The notes under the pieces: generated by a model
What the model was told of the DNA's origin: nothing
What the model saw: only the letters and a program-made list of their open reading frames with translations
Databases searched by the model: none
Position numbers and translations under genes: made by a program
Part shown: positions 9,946-19,042 of the stretch, in pieces
How positions within the stretch are numbered: position 1 is the stretch's first letter
Layout: the number at the start of each line of letters is the position of its first letter
Virus record (IMG/VR): IMGVR_UViG_2778261154_000008
Direction: 5' to 3' (one strand)
Length of the DNA: 25,084 nt
Origin: a virus
Lineage: Duplodnaviria; Heunggongvirae; Uroviricota; Caudoviricetes

Positions 9946-10145
9946 TATTTTTTCCCTCTGGTTTTGTTGTTATTTTTCGGAAGTGTGGTTATTTCCACAT
10001 CTCCCTCGGCTTCACGGCGCAGCCAGTAAGCGCAGACGTTGAGACGTTCCCCTTCCGGGGATAAATGTGCGCCATCCGGTTTACGGACACGGACGTTTTC
10101 CCGCGCTGGCTTAATCAGTTTCTGTTCCATCGTCACCCCGTACAT
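9945..10145 (-). CDS. Small conserved Mu-like protein (gp38-like position)
   Basis: 66-aa basic ORF whose stop overlaps the sheath start by 1 nt; start may be the internal Met. Confidence 0.4.
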   Translation of the reverse strand: MYGVTMEQKLIKPARENVRVRKPDGAHLSPEGERLNVCAYWLRREAEGDVEITTLPKNNNKTRGKK

Positions 10146-10722
10146 GGATCACGTCGTTAATTTCAGTGTGTTCGCCGCAGCGCAGCGTTGCCCCGAGGCG
10201 CAGGAAATCAGGGAGCGCGGCGAGATCAATCTCTTCATCCAGCCGGAATTCCTGCTCCCACGTCACCGCCCACATGGTGACACCCAGCCCGTCGAGGCTG
10301 ACGGAGTAAATGTTGTCTGCCCGCACATCAGCGGCCATACGTTCAGCCCCCATGCCCCCGGTGGCATCCGACGACAGCAGGCGTTTGATCACCTTCCCGG
10401 CCAGCACTTCACAGCGCACGTCGCGGGAGTACCCCCACGAATCCGTCGCCATGATGTAAGCCACCCAGGTAACCAGACCGGACAGCCCGCCGCGCGGGTT
10501 GATATCCCGGACACGCAGGGCAGCTACCCGGATACAGCCGGTGCGACCGGACAGATAGCGTTTCACTTCATCCGTGCTGTTGAACTGGCCGATGTGACGC
10601 TCCACCACATCAGCCCGGTCGGGGGTGTCCCCCTGAAGGGCCGTCTGCAGCCAGGCCACAATGCGCTCTGCGGCCGCAACGGTGCTCCCCGGTGTGCGCA
10701 GTTCAGGGCGTTGTTCTGTCAT
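10111..10722 (-). CDS. Mu gp37-like head-tail joining / tail completion protein
   Basis: 203-aa ORF in the head-tail junction module, coupled to its upstream neighbour. Confidence 0.5.
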   Translation of the reverse strand: MTEQRPELRTPGSTVAAAERIVAWLQTALQGDTPDRADVVERHIGQFNSTDEVKRYLSGRTGCIRVAALRVRDINPRGGLSGLVTWVAYIMATDSWGYSRDVRCEVLAGKVIKRLLSSDATGGMGAERMAADVRADNIYSVSLDGLGVTMWAVTWEQEFRLDEEIDLAALPDFLRLGATLRCGEHTEINDVIHVRGDDGTETD

Positions 10723-11264
10723 GGCAGAACCTCCTTCCAGAAATGACTGATAACCTGTTGCAGCTCCTGCTGGCTGGCAGAAGACAGCCCCAGAAATTCA
10801 CGTTGCGGAATGTTCATCATGCGGTGATGTGCACCGACGGTCTGCCAGACCGGATATTTCAGCGCCCGCCCGAAACACTGCGAGATAAGCCGTTTGTGGG
10901 CGCTGACCGGCACGCTGCCGGAAAAGCCGTCATTCATGATGCGGGCATAATCCAGCGGTGAACCGATACGCACCACGCGGTTTTCCACGATGTACTGGAT
11001 ACTCTCCAGCAGATGGCCTTCACCGCGCAGCAGACTCTGGTTGCCGTGGCGGGTCTTTTTGTACCCGTCAGACCAGTCCGGCCAGCGTTCGCCACCCGGA
11101 CTGGTTTTCTCATCGATGATGCGGCGGCGGGTCTGTGATTCCACCACCGCACCGATGCTTTCCAGCAGCTCTGACTGCAATGAACCCTCTGCCAGCTTTT
11201 CAACGGCGCGGCGGATATCCTCCAGACGCTGGTCACCGCTGACCTGTACAGAAATCCCCATCAC
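10719..11264 (-). CDS. Phage virion morphogenesis protein (P2 gpS-like tail completion)
   Basis: 181-aa ORF with ATGA start/stop overlap to the upstream gene; position between head and tail modules. Confidence 0.55.
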   Translation of the reverse strand: MMGISVQVSGDQRLEDIRRAVEKLAEGSLQSELLESIGAVVESQTRRRIIDEKTSPGGERWPDWSDGYKKTRHGNQSLLRGEGHLLESIQYIVENRVVRIGSPLDYARIMNDGFSGSVPVSAHKRLISQCFGRALKYPVWQTVGAHHRMMNIPQREFLGLSSASQQELQQVISHFWKEVLP

Positions 11265-11698
11265 AGCACCCCTTTCAGGTTGTTACGGGTGAACAGCCGG
11301 GCATTGGCACCCACCACAATAATTTTCCCGTTGTCGGTTTCTGCCGGGGTGGCATACGTCGGCAGGCCCAGGTCACGGGTGCCGTTCGCCATTTCACGCA
11401 GGGTTTTAATGGCGTCGTCGTAGCGTTTCTGGATCAGCTCCGTGATTTGATTGTCACGCTCTGATAACCAGTAAAACGCCAGCGATACCGCCACGCGTTG
11501 CAGCGGGCGCGGGATTTCCGTCACCCCCAGCGGCAGCTGGTAGCGGCGGGACAGAAACGAATCAATTTCCGCTTCCGCATCACTGATGGCCTGACGGATT
11601 TTGTCTTCATCCAGCCCGTTGGTTTCCCGGTTAATCGCCATGTTCCAGACAAGATTGCCGTCCGCGCGTAACAGGTCTTCCTGCGTGATGTATCCCAT
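11261..11698 (-). CDS. Mu gp36-like protein (DUF1320-like), probable head-tail connector
   Basis: 145-aa ORF, translationally coupled on both sides. Confidence 0.5.
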   Translation of the reverse strand: MGYITQEDLLRADGNLVWNMAINRETNGLDEDKIRQAISDAEAEIDSFLSRRYQLPLGVTEIPRPLQRVAVSLAFYWLSERDNQITELIQKRYDDAIKTLREMANGTRDLGLPTYATPAETDNGKIIVVGANARLFTRNNLKGVL

Positions 11699-12009
11699 CA
11701 GCCTTTCTCCGCTTCCCGGACAATCAGATTCGGCTCTGCCATCAGGCGGGTGGCAACCGCAGCGCTCACCGCCACATCCTCACCGATATGTGACCAGAAA
11801 CGGCCACAGCGCCAGAACCCGTTTTCAGACACGGCCCTGACGTTCAGCCGGACAGGGGCGTCACCCTGTACAGCAACCGGGTCTTCAGCCGGACGTGGTT
11901 CATTCGCCTGACCGTCAGCCACAATAACGTCTGCCAGCGGTGCCGGGTTTTCCTGTGCAGCGCTGTTCTTTGCGGCTTTCGCGCCTTTGGTTTCTGCTTT
12001 TTCACTCAT
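11698..12009 (-). CDS. Hypothetical head-associated protein (first gene after the major head gene)
   Basis: 103-aa ORF with an Ala/Pro/Glu-rich N-terminal half; ATG at 12009 preceded by a palindrome-rich leader. Confidence 0.45.
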   Translation of the reverse strand: MSEKAETKGAKAAKNSAAQENPAPLADVIVADGQANEPRPAEDPVAVQGDAPVRLNVRAVSENGFWRCGRFWSHIGEDVAVSAAVATRLMAEPNLIVREAEKG

Positions 12010-12013
12010 GACT

Positions 12014-12063
12014 CTGCCTTTTAAAAGGCAGTTAAAAGGGCATTCACAGCACCTTTTAACTGC
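12014..12063 (-). promoter_or_regulatory. Nested palindromes between the major head gene and the next gene (attenuator or RBS-sequestering structure)
   Basis: 18-bp perfect palindrome ctgccttttaaaaggcag (12014-12031) overlaps a 12-bp perfect inverted repeat gcagttaaaagg-N12-ccttttaactgc (12028-12063); the downstream gene's RBS/ATG (12007-12009) abuts the first palindrome. Confidence 0.45.
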
Positions 12064-12080
12064 GGTTTACGGATGACGGG

Positions 12081-12986
12081 TTATGCCGGGGTGGTGATGT
12101 ACGGGCTGTCCACGATCTTCACATCCTTGTACCAGATGTTGGAATCGCCGCCGTTAACCAGCATGGCGTCAATAATGAGCTTCGCGTCCGCACGGTTTTT
12201 CGGCCCCACCACAAGGGTGGTCGGGCGGATGCCCAGCGGCTCACCGTTGGTGCCCTTCATGCCCCGCAGCAACTCATTGGCTTTTTTGTAGTTCTCCACC
12301 GTCAGTGCTGCATGGGAACCGACGGCGGTCTGCCAGAAGCCGAAGCCCGCATTACAGCGACCGTCCACGCCGTACAGGAACTCGTGGTTCTTGAAGGTGT
12401 GCTCGCTGTTCAGATCGTCCAGGGCTTCAAACTTAAAGGCGCGTCGCGTCTGCCAGATGATGGGTTTCAGCACCTGCGACTCATCAATCAGGAACCACGG
12501 TTCGCCCTTGTCTGATGCCGGGGTGCCGACAACGTTGCTGTACGTACCGTCACCCAGCGGGTGGTCTTCATCAAAGAAGTTCTGGCCGTCAAAGCACAGG
12601 GTGTTAAAACCGGCACACAACAGGGCGTAACACAGCTTGTCCGGGAACACAGCAGTCATACGGCCATAGCGTTCGGCGGTAATGCTGTACTGACCAATCT
12701 GGTCATCTTCAATGTGTTCACGCTTAACGCGAATGGAACTTTCCCAGAGTTTGTTGGTGATGGTGTAACCATAACCGTCCAGCGTTGCCAGCTGACGCTC
12801 ACCGACCCATTCTTTGATGTCCGGTAAATCTTTCATCCAGCCGTAAGTGTTGGAGGCGGACGAACTCGGCACCTCAGAAGCAATACGATTCCACTGCGGT
12901 TCGACACCACTCAGTCCACGGGTAAAGGCGGCGCTCAGGCAGGTGGTCAGTGCATGAAGGATTTCAGAACTGATAGTCTGTGACAT
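12081..12986 (-). CDS. Major head subunit (Mu T / gp34-like)
   Basis: 301-aa ORF directly downstream of the protease/scaffold gene, followed by a strong stem-loop, as is common after major capsid genes. Confidence 0.85.
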   Translation of the reverse strand: MSQTISSEILHALTTCLSAAFTRGLSGVEPQWNRIASEVPSSSASNTYGWMKDLPDIKEWVGERQLATLDGYGYTITNKLWESSIRVKREHIEDDQIGQYSITAERYGRMTAVFPDKLCYALLCAGFNTLCFDGQNFFDEDHPLGDGTYSNVVGTPASDKGEPWFLIDESQVLKPIIWQTRRAFKFEALDDLNSEHTFKNHEFLYGVDGRCNAGFGFWQTAVGSHAALTVENYKKANELLRGMKGTNGEPLGIRPTTLVVGPKNRADAKLIIDAMLVNGGDSNIWYKDVKIVDSPYITTPA

Positions 12987-12993
12987 GTGTTAC

Positions 12994-13950
12994 TTACTCC
13001 TGTTTCGGTTTAGCGGCGAGGAACTCTTCCCCGGTAATACCCATGCTGCGACACATCGCCAGTTCGGCATCGGTCAGTGTCTGCGCGGGTTTATCCTTGC
13101 CCTGGCTGGGCTTGTCGTTGTTAACCAGCGGCTGTGCACCTTTGGTGTACTCCGCAAACTGTTTGCGGCCTTCTTCCGTGCGGCAGGTGGCAAGGAACAT
13201 GTCACGGTTTGCCGGGGCGACTTTTCCGGCCCCGATGGCCGCATCCACAAGCGCCTCGGCTTCCTTCTCTTCCAGTTGCTGAAGGCGTTTTTCTGCGGTT
13301 TCGGCACGGTTCAGTGCCAGATTGTGGGTTTCCACCGGCACAAACTTCGTCAGGTCAGGTGTCTGTGCGCGGTTCAGCGCCACCTGTTCGTTCTCCTGAA
13401 GTTGTTTAATGGCGGCCACGGTATCGTCCACCGTGGCGGATTCAGCCAGCCCAAGCAGGCCGGTGATTTGCACAGGTACTGTCATCGGGTTTTTCTCCGT
13501 ATTCAGTGCAGGAAAATCCAGGTTAGGTTTGTTGGTCAGCCCGACGCTGGACAGGCGCGTCACCGCACCGTCTGCGTCATGGAAAAACGCCGGGCTGTAA
13601 TAGCGGTAGCGGCGCTCGCTCAGCATCCACCGGGCGGACTCACTCCAGACAACACGCCCTTCAATGGTGCCGCTGTCCGTCACCCGCAGTGCTTCCACCC
13701 AGCCATACGCCGGAGCCTCTTCACCCCGCGGGCCTTTAATTTCGGTGGCATGTTCAATGTCCACCGGAATGTTGATGTCGGACGAACGGGCAACCACCTC
13801 ATGTGGATTGCGGTTCATCCACGTCCGGCCATCGCGCCCGGTGAACTCACCCGCAGGAACGAGTTCAAGCCATTCCGGCAGTTGAGCGGGTGTCAGCTCA
13901 GGGATGGGTTCTGGCAGGGAAAAACACAGCGCCAGCAGTTCCGGTTGCAT
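12994..13950 (-). CDS. Head maturation protease / scaffold (Mu I / gp32-like)
   Basis: 318-aa ORF with a C-terminal helical Ala/Glu/Lys-rich scaffold-like region; first gene after the F-I intergenic gap. Confidence 0.8.
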   Translation of the reverse strand: MQPELLALCFSLPEPIPELTPAQLPEWLELVPAGEFTGRDGRTWMNRNPHEVVARSSDINIPVDIEHATEIKGPRGEEAPAYGWVEALRVTDSGTIEGRVVWSESARWMLSERRYRYYSPAFFHDADGAVTRLSSVGLTNKPNLDFPALNTEKNPMTVPVQITGLLGLAESATVDDTVAAIKQLQENEQVALNRAQTPDLTKFVPVETHNLALNRAETAEKRLQQLEEKEAEALVDAAIGAGKVAPANRDMFLATCRTEEGRKQFAEYTKGAQPLVNNDKPSQGKDKPAQTLTDAELAMCRSMGITGEEFLAAKPKQE

Positions 13951-13999
13951 GTCAGTCTCCGTCGTCTGGGGTTACCGACGGTCAGTATGCGGAAGGCAG

Positions 14000-14025
14000 A
14001 AAAAAAGCCGGATTTACCGGCTTCA
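14000..14025 (-). terminator. Exact second copy of the same 26-bp hairpin plus T-tract element, ~50 nt upstream of the protease/scaffold gene
   Basis: aaaaaaagccggatttaccggcttca is identical at 14000-14025 and 21712-21737; flanks differ. Position matches where Mu has its late promoter for gene I. Confidence 0.5.
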
Positions 14026-14043
14026 CTGAAAACGGGGAAATAC

Positions 14044-14066
14044 CCCCTTCAAAACCCCTTCAAAAA
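14044..14066. repeat. Tandem direct repeat CCCCTTCAAAA x2 (third, degenerate copy GCTTCAAAAAA at 14077-14087) in the F-I intergenic region
   Basis: Read directly from the sequence; minus-strand form TTTTGAAGGGG. The TGAAG core also occurs in both copies of the 26-bp element and in the endolysin-leader hairpin. Confidence 0.4.
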
Positions 14067-14113
14067 CGCCACAGACGCTTCAAAAAAGCCAGGGTGTACA
14101 TTCATGCCATCAG

Positions 14114-14140
14114 AATAAAAAACGCGTTTCTGATGCGTTT
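14114..14140 (-). terminator. Candidate intrinsic terminator just downstream of the head morphogenesis gene
   Basis: Minus-strand RNA AAACGC-AUCAGAAAC-GCGUUU-UUUAUU, starting ~25 nt after the stop at 14165; the stem is short and AU-rich, so the call is weak. Confidence 0.3.
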
Positions 14141-14164
14141 CAGGGGTATTTACGGCGGGGTGGG

Positions 14165-14929
14165 TTATTCACTGTTAAAACGGGCCTGTCTGGCCGCCAG
14201 CTGGCGCGCCAGCTCCTGCTCACGGTTTATACCGGGATTGTAGTTCCAGCCCGGATCAATCCCTTCCGGCACATCTTCCTCTTCGCCCGTGCGTTTGTTC
14301 ACCCAGCGGACAGTTCTGATTTCCGGCGCTTCGGTGTGAATGGTGCCCTGTGCCGCCAGTTGCGCATACTCACCACGGCTGACCTGACGGATGGTGCATT
14401 TGCAGCCCCAGCCGTTAGGGGCAAAATGCGTCTGCCAGAACGGATGATCTACCGGCAGACACAGACGCGCCCATTTCACATGCTCCACCCGGTGCTCACG
14501 GGATGGCCCCAGCTCGTACATCAGATACGGCATGGCCTGCTTTGTCCGCTGAATGCGTTCCCACTGGCCCGCCGCGCGGGCGGTGCGCATGTTGGTATCA
14601 AAAATCGTGCGGAGGCGGCGGTCGCTGCCCAGTTGCACGGTGCGGGTTTCACCCGTCAGCGGATCATCCATCTCCTGTACGCCCCACCATCCGCGTTTTA
14701 TCAGCAACGGTTGCAGCATCTCCCGGAACTCGCTGAACGTCTGCCCGCTTTGCAGGGCGTCTTCCACAAGGGCTTTCACATCCGACAACAAATCCAGTTG
14801 CAGCATTCTGGCCACGGGGAAGCTGTACCGGTACTCTTCCCGCCACACATCCCGGTAATCAAAACCGGGACGCAGCTTCTTCGCCTTCAGCCACGCCAGC
14901 GCCTCTTTCGGGATGAGGGTTTCACGCAT
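14165..14929 (-). CDS. Head morphogenesis protein (Mu F / gp30-like)
   Basis: ORF listed as 14165..14986. I prefer the internal ATG at 14929, which has GGGAGA 9 nt upstream and overlaps the portal stop by 8 nt. Confidence 0.75.
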   Translation of the reverse strand: MRETLIPKEALAWLKAKKLRPGFDYRDVWREEYRYSFPVARMLQLDLLSDVKALVEDALQSGQTFSEFREMLQPLLIKRGWWGVQEMDDPLTGETRTVQLGSDRRLRTIFDTNMRTARAAGQWERIQRTKQAMPYLMYELGPSREHRVEHVKWARLCLPVDHPFWQTHFAPNGWGCKCTIRQVSRGEYAQLAAQGTIHTEAPEIRTVRWVNKRTGEEEDVPEGIDPGWNYNPGINREQELARQLAARQARFNSE

Positions 14930-16493
14930 GAGCAGTGTCTCCCAGCGCACGCGCCTTAAAGCACACCTCCGCCAGTTGCAGGGCAAAGTCGTCCGCGTTC
15001 AGCGTTTCCTGAAGCTCAGGCAGGCGTTTCAGAAAGTCATCAAAACTGTCGCACTCCTGCGCCAGTGTCAGCACCGGGTTCGTGAACGCCTCGCCGGTTT
15101 TCTGCCAGTCACGCAGGGCATCATCCACCATCTGTGCCAGTTCGTCGGGGTGTTCCCTGTTCAGGGCGACGCGCTCGCGGTTCATCGCCATATCACCCGG
15201 CATCCCGGCGGAAACCGGATGCAGAACATCAGCCCCTTCGTCTGGCTCAGTCAGGCCGAACCGGTCCCGCAGCTCCGATTCCTGAACCCGCATCCCCCGG
15301 TCAATCAGCGGCACCAGAGCATCCGTCAGCGCCTTCAGATCTTCGGCTTCACTGATACGCAGAACAACACGGGGGTAGTGCGCCTGTGGCCCGTAGTTGG
15401 CCTCGATGTAGGGCCGCACCAGATATTCATTCAGCGTGTTAGCCAGCTGTCGCGCGTCCCAGCGCACAATGTCCATGCGCACCTGATTGTGCACGTCCGC
15501 CTGTGAACGCGAACTGCCGTTATCCGTGGTCATGGTCTGCCCCAGCACAGCCTTACTGATTTGCGCATCGCACCATTCCGCCATTTCACGGAACAGTGCG
15601 CCGCCGTTATTCCGGCTGGCGGTTTCCTGCATCTCCAGTTGCATGGACTGCGGAATGGCACACCCGGCATCCGAGGCAATGGAGGCAATCGCATCAATCA
15701 GCACGCGGATTTGCTCCTCCGTGGCGTTGGGACCGTATTTCCCCACCGTAACCGGAATGCCGAATTTTTCCGCAAATGCCCACCAGTCGCGCACGGTAAA
15801 TGATTTCAGCATGTACATCACAGCCACCAGACGGGCCAGACCGTTACGCAGCGGCAGACCGGATTTCAGACGCGGCTGGTGAACAATGAATTTTCCCGGT
15901 GTCAGCGGTACGCCATCCACCGGTTCATCGTCCGTCAGCAGGCGGAACTGGCGCAGTGTGGGCTTTTCGGCTTTCAGAAAACGGGGATCAACCCACTCAT
16001 AATCACGGGGCATCCAGTGGTTGTTGCGGGTGTCCCACAGGATTTCACAGACCGCCACGCCTTTTCCCAGCCCGTCGAGCAAATCAAACATCAGTTCGGG
16101 GATTTGCGGGGCTTCCATCAGCGCACGGATGGCGTCCGCCAGCTGCACGTCGGCATCGTCATCACTGGCGGCCACCACCACCGGTTCGATACCTGCCACT
16201 GTCAGCTTGCGGGTGCGCAGCACCGAGGCGTAATGCAAATCACGTTCTTCCATCTCTTCGGCAAGGATAAAAAAATCACGCGTGATGCCGTCGGCGGCAT
16301 TGCGCAGAATGCCTGCCAGCCTGCCGGGGTTCAGCCCGGAGGCGACGCTGATACCCGGCGAGGCCGGACGCACACCGGCATGACGCGGACGGGCCTGTGC
16401 TTCGTTGAGCGCCTCTTTTTTCAGCGTGTCTTCCTCACCGGTTGCCGGATTCAGCAGACGGCGAACGGCCCCGGCCAGTTGTTTCAGGTTCAC
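14922..16493 (-). CDS. Portal protein (Mu H / gp29-like, DUF935-type)
   Basis: 523-aa ORF immediately downstream of the terminase large subunit, with overlapping stop/start. Confidence 0.85.
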   Translation of the reverse strand: MNLKQLAGAVRRLLNPATGEEDTLKKEALNEAQARPRHAGVRPASPGISVASGLNPGRLAGILRNAADGITRDFFILAEEMEERDLHYASVLRTRKLTVAGIEPVVVAASDDDADVQLADAIRALMEAPQIPELMFDLLDGLGKGVAVCEILWDTRNNHWMPRDYEWVDPRFLKAEKPTLRQFRLLTDDEPVDGVPLTPGKFIVHQPRLKSGLPLRNGLARLVAVMYMLKSFTVRDWWAFAEKFGIPVTVGKYGPNATEEQIRVLIDAIASIASDAGCAIPQSMQLEMQETASRNNGGALFREMAEWCDAQISKAVLGQTMTTDNGSSRSQADVHNQVRMDIVRWDARQLANTLNEYLVRPYIEANYGPQAHYPRVVLRISEAEDLKALTDALVPLIDRGMRVQESELRDRFGLTEPDEGADVLHPVSAGMPGDMAMNRERVALNREHPDELAQMVDDALRDWQKTGEAFTNPVLTLAQECDSFDDFLKRLPELQETLNADDFALQLAEVCFKARALGDTAHA

Positions 16494-18025
16494 AGTAAAC
16501 CTCCCTCATTTTTCAGGCCGCGTGTCAGCTTCATCTGGCGGCGCGCGTTGCCTTCTTCCGGTTTCGCCGGGCGGTTCAGGCGGTGCAGCTCGTAACGGTG
16601 GCAGTCATCCTTGCTGGCAAGGAAGCCCAGGAAAATGGCCACAGCGGCGTCGCCGTGACGCTTGCGGCCATCACTGCCTTTAGTACGGGCATCGTCAATG
16701 CCGGGAACACCACGCAGTAACTGAATGGCCCCGAGGTCATTGATCACGTCTTCATGCTTCGGAAGGATCAGCTCATCATCTTCAAACGCTGCACGGAAAC
16801 GGGGCATGTTTTCGCGGTAGAACGCCACGGACAGCATCACCTGTTCCACCTCATCGCCGTACCGCTCCGCCGCCTGTTCTGCCAGATACTGACCATTCCC
16901 CCGCGCATCCATTTTGATACCGTCACGACGGGGCAGACGATCGCAAAGCCAGAACAGCACCTGCTCCTGCTGTTTAAACGGCACATTGGCAAGCTCAACC
17001 AGGAACGGCACCTCGCGGGTGGTGTCGTCGTTCACCGTTACCGGGGCCAGCACGGTCAGGTCACCCGAACGCGCAAAGTCTTCCCCCAGACAGTGGCGCA
17101 GGCTCTGCGGGAGTTTTTCCAGTTCAGGGCGCACCACCGTTTCCAGCCATTCCCGGATATCTGCCCGGCGCTGGCTTTCCGTCAGTGCGTTAAACTCCGG
17201 CGTGCCGGTAAAGCGCAACACTTTTCCGGTGCCACGGGCCGCACGTTCACGCAGTGAGCGGGGGATATACGTGCCGCCGCCGTTTTTCGGGACGCAGTAA
17301 TACTCCTCCAGCGCATCTTCGCGGGTGGCGGTATTTCGCAGCAGGCCTTCTTTCCATTCCGCCTCGGCTTCCGGTGACCACACCATGCCGCGCACCTGAC
17401 AGATACGCCGGTACAGACCGTCATTGCAGGCGTCATCCAGCGTGATGGTGTGAATACGGTAATCTTTTTTGCCTGCGCGGCTTTCCTGAATCAGCTGGTT
17501 AAACGGGTTGTCCACGCCGTCATGGGTGGAGATAAGGCGAACCTTACCGCCCCACGTGGTCAGTGGTGTGACCGCCTTGAGTACCTCATCCAGCTTTTCA
17601 TGAAACGCCGCTTCGTCGATGGTGACATTCCCCTGCATCCCGCGAATGTTGCCCGGATTACTGGACAGCGCCTTGACCTTAAATCCGCTGGCGAAGTACA
17701 CGACGAACGTCAGAATGTCCTTGTCTTCGTCGGTGATCACTTCCTCGCGGATTTCTTCCGCGGCTGCATTAAACGCTTTCGCCCACATCGCCACGGCGTC
17801 GATAAATTCGCGGGCCATCTCCTTATTCGAACCGATGTAAAAGTGATCGCGCCCGCCGTTTTCCTTCTTCAGTGATGCGGTCAGTGCCGCATCTGCCGCT
17901 TCTGCCCAGGTTAAACCGGTACGGCGGGATTTTTCGGCGATTTTCAGTTTTGAATCATCCGCCACCCAACGTTTCTGATACGGCAGCAGAACATCGGATT
18001 CACTGAATGCGTTCATCTGTGTCAT
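16490..18025 (-). CDS. Terminase large subunit (Mu gp28-like)
   Basis: 511-aa ORF with an ATPase-like N-terminal half (acidic NVTIDEAAF motif resembling a Walker B / catalytic carboxylate) and a nuclease-sized C-terminal half; ATGA overlap with the small subunit. Confidence 0.9.
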   Translation of the reverse strand: MTQMNAFSESDVLLPYQKRWVADDSKLKIAEKSRRTGLTWAEAADAALTASLKKENGGRDHFYIGSNKEMAREFIDAVAMWAKAFNAAAEEIREEVITDEDKDILTFVVYFASGFKVKALSSNPGNIRGMQGNVTIDEAAFHEKLDEVLKAVTPLTTWGGKVRLISTHDGVDNPFNQLIQESRAGKKDYRIHTITLDDACNDGLYRRICQVRGMVWSPEAEAEWKEGLLRNTATREDALEEYYCVPKNGGGTYIPRSLRERAARGTGKVLRFTGTPEFNALTESQRRADIREWLETVVRPELEKLPQSLRHCLGEDFARSGDLTVLAPVTVNDDTTREVPFLVELANVPFKQQEQVLFWLCDRLPRRDGIKMDARGNGQYLAEQAAERYGDEVEQVMLSVAFYRENMPRFRAAFEDDELILPKHEDVINDLGAIQLLRGVPGIDDARTKGSDGRKRHGDAAVAIFLGFLASKDDCHRYELHRLNRPAKPEEGNARRQMKLTRGLKNEGGLL

Positions 18026-18603
18026 ACACTAATCCCCAGAATTTCACGTTTGATGGTGTCAGCCGCACCGCCTGACAGACCGCCCGCTCTGACCAGCTCT
18101 TCGGTTTTCTCTGCCATTTCCTGCGCAAACGCATCGCGGATTGCTTTTTCGCGTTTATGGCTGGTCATGGCTGCCGCTTCCAGACGCTGGGCAACCAGCG
18201 CCAGTTGCCCCAGCGCCTTCGGTGCAACAGGTTTGTCATCTTCTGCCATCGACATGGACGTTTCAAAGGCCAGCGTTTTTACAAACTCCATCAGCAGCTT
18301 GCCGACGTCTGACGTCGGCGCGGAACCCAGCTTTGCCGCCCAGACTTCGGCCATTTCGCGGGAGGCGCGGATTTTTGCCCCGACTTTTTCCATGCGGATG
18401 GCATAGCGGTTTAAGCCCGTCCGGCTTAACTGCATCTCCCCCGGCAGGTTGTGTTCGTCAATCAGGGCATTGATGGCTTCGCGGATTTCTTCCTGCGTGT
18501 GCCGCTTTTCCCGCAGCATCTGATGCAACTGCTCCCGGATGCTGTCCGGGAGTAAATCCACTTTGGAAAGACGGCCACGGGTGGGGCGTTGTTCATTTTC
18601 CAT
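18022..18603 (-). CDS. Terminase small subunit (Mu gp27-like, DUF3486-type)
   Basis: ORF listed from a GTG at 18624; the ATG at 18603 (MENEQRPTRG...) has GGAGG 7 nt upstream. Stop overlaps the terminase large start. Confidence 0.7.
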   Translation of the reverse strand: MENEQRPTRGRLSKVDLLPDSIREQLHQMLREKRHTQEEIREAINALIDEHNLPGEMQLSRTGLNRYAIRMEKVGAKIRASREMAEVWAAKLGSAPTSDVGKLLMEFVKTLAFETSMSMAEDDKPVAPKALGQLALVAQRLEAAAMTSHKREKAIRDAFAQEMAEKTEELVRAGGLSGGAADTIKREILGISV

Positions 18604-18740
18604 GTGTGCCCTCCTGTTGCTCACTACGCTGTGAACTTTCGTATGCAGATTTCAGTGCGCCGCTCTGGATTTCCCGCCATGTCAGGTTGTGCGCCAGACG
18701 GCGGAGCTCATCACGGGACGCTTTACTTATCGGATTCTTT

Positions 18741-19040
18741 TTACGGTTCACGACGGCCCCCGTCTTCAGTTCCCGGTGTTTTCAGACCGGCGTATATTTC
18801 TTCACGAACGGACTGAATATCCTTACTTAACAGCTTCCACAGCCGCGCACATGCCGGTGATGACCGCAGGGCGCGTTTCATGGGGGTATCCGGTGCATCC
18901 GGGTTCCAGGGCTTTCCTGTATGTTTTTCGTATGCACGGACAATGGCGTTTTGCTCAATGTCTGCCAGCACAAGGCAGTACGCCAGCTGCCGCACGACGG
19001 CCCGTTCTCCACGACTTAACGGCTTCAGTTTTCGGGCCAT
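18741..19040 (-). CDS. Hypothetical small basic protein upstream of terminase (Mu gp26-like position)
   Basis: 99-aa ORF; part of a chain of tightly coupled small genes. Confidence 0.45.
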   Translation of the reverse strand: MARKLKPLSRGERAVVRQLAYCLVLADIEQNAIVRAYEKHTGKPWNPDAPDTPMKRALRSSPACARLWKLLSKDIQSVREEIYAGLKTPGTEDGGRREP

Positions 19041-19042
19041 GT

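Noticed and set aside
12985-14118. 377-aa plus-strand ORF spanning the protease/scaffold gene and the F-I gap
   Set aside because: Antisense to a strongly supported structural gene; Arg/Gly/Pro/His-rich composition typical of open antisense frames in GC-rich DNA; no RBS context; would collide with the whole late operon.
13951-14164. Possible small anti-CRISPR-like ORF in the head-gene/protease-scaffold gap (the acr locus position in Pseudomonas Mu-like phages)
   Set aside because: Scanning both strands by eye, the longest ATG-initiated frames are ~13-18 codons and run through the hairpins; the gap is better explained as promoter/terminator sequence.
15879-16595. 238-aa plus-strand ORF antisense to the portal and terminase genes
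   Set aside because: Same reasoning: antisense frame in a GC-rich coding region. The same applies to 7957-8799, 10039-10746, 9148-9795, 1753-2376 and the other short plus-strand frames within the structural module.
18604-18624. GTG-initiated N-terminal extension of the terminase small subunit
   Set aside because: The ATG at 18603 has a canonical GGAGG 7 nt upstream; the GTG form has no RBS.
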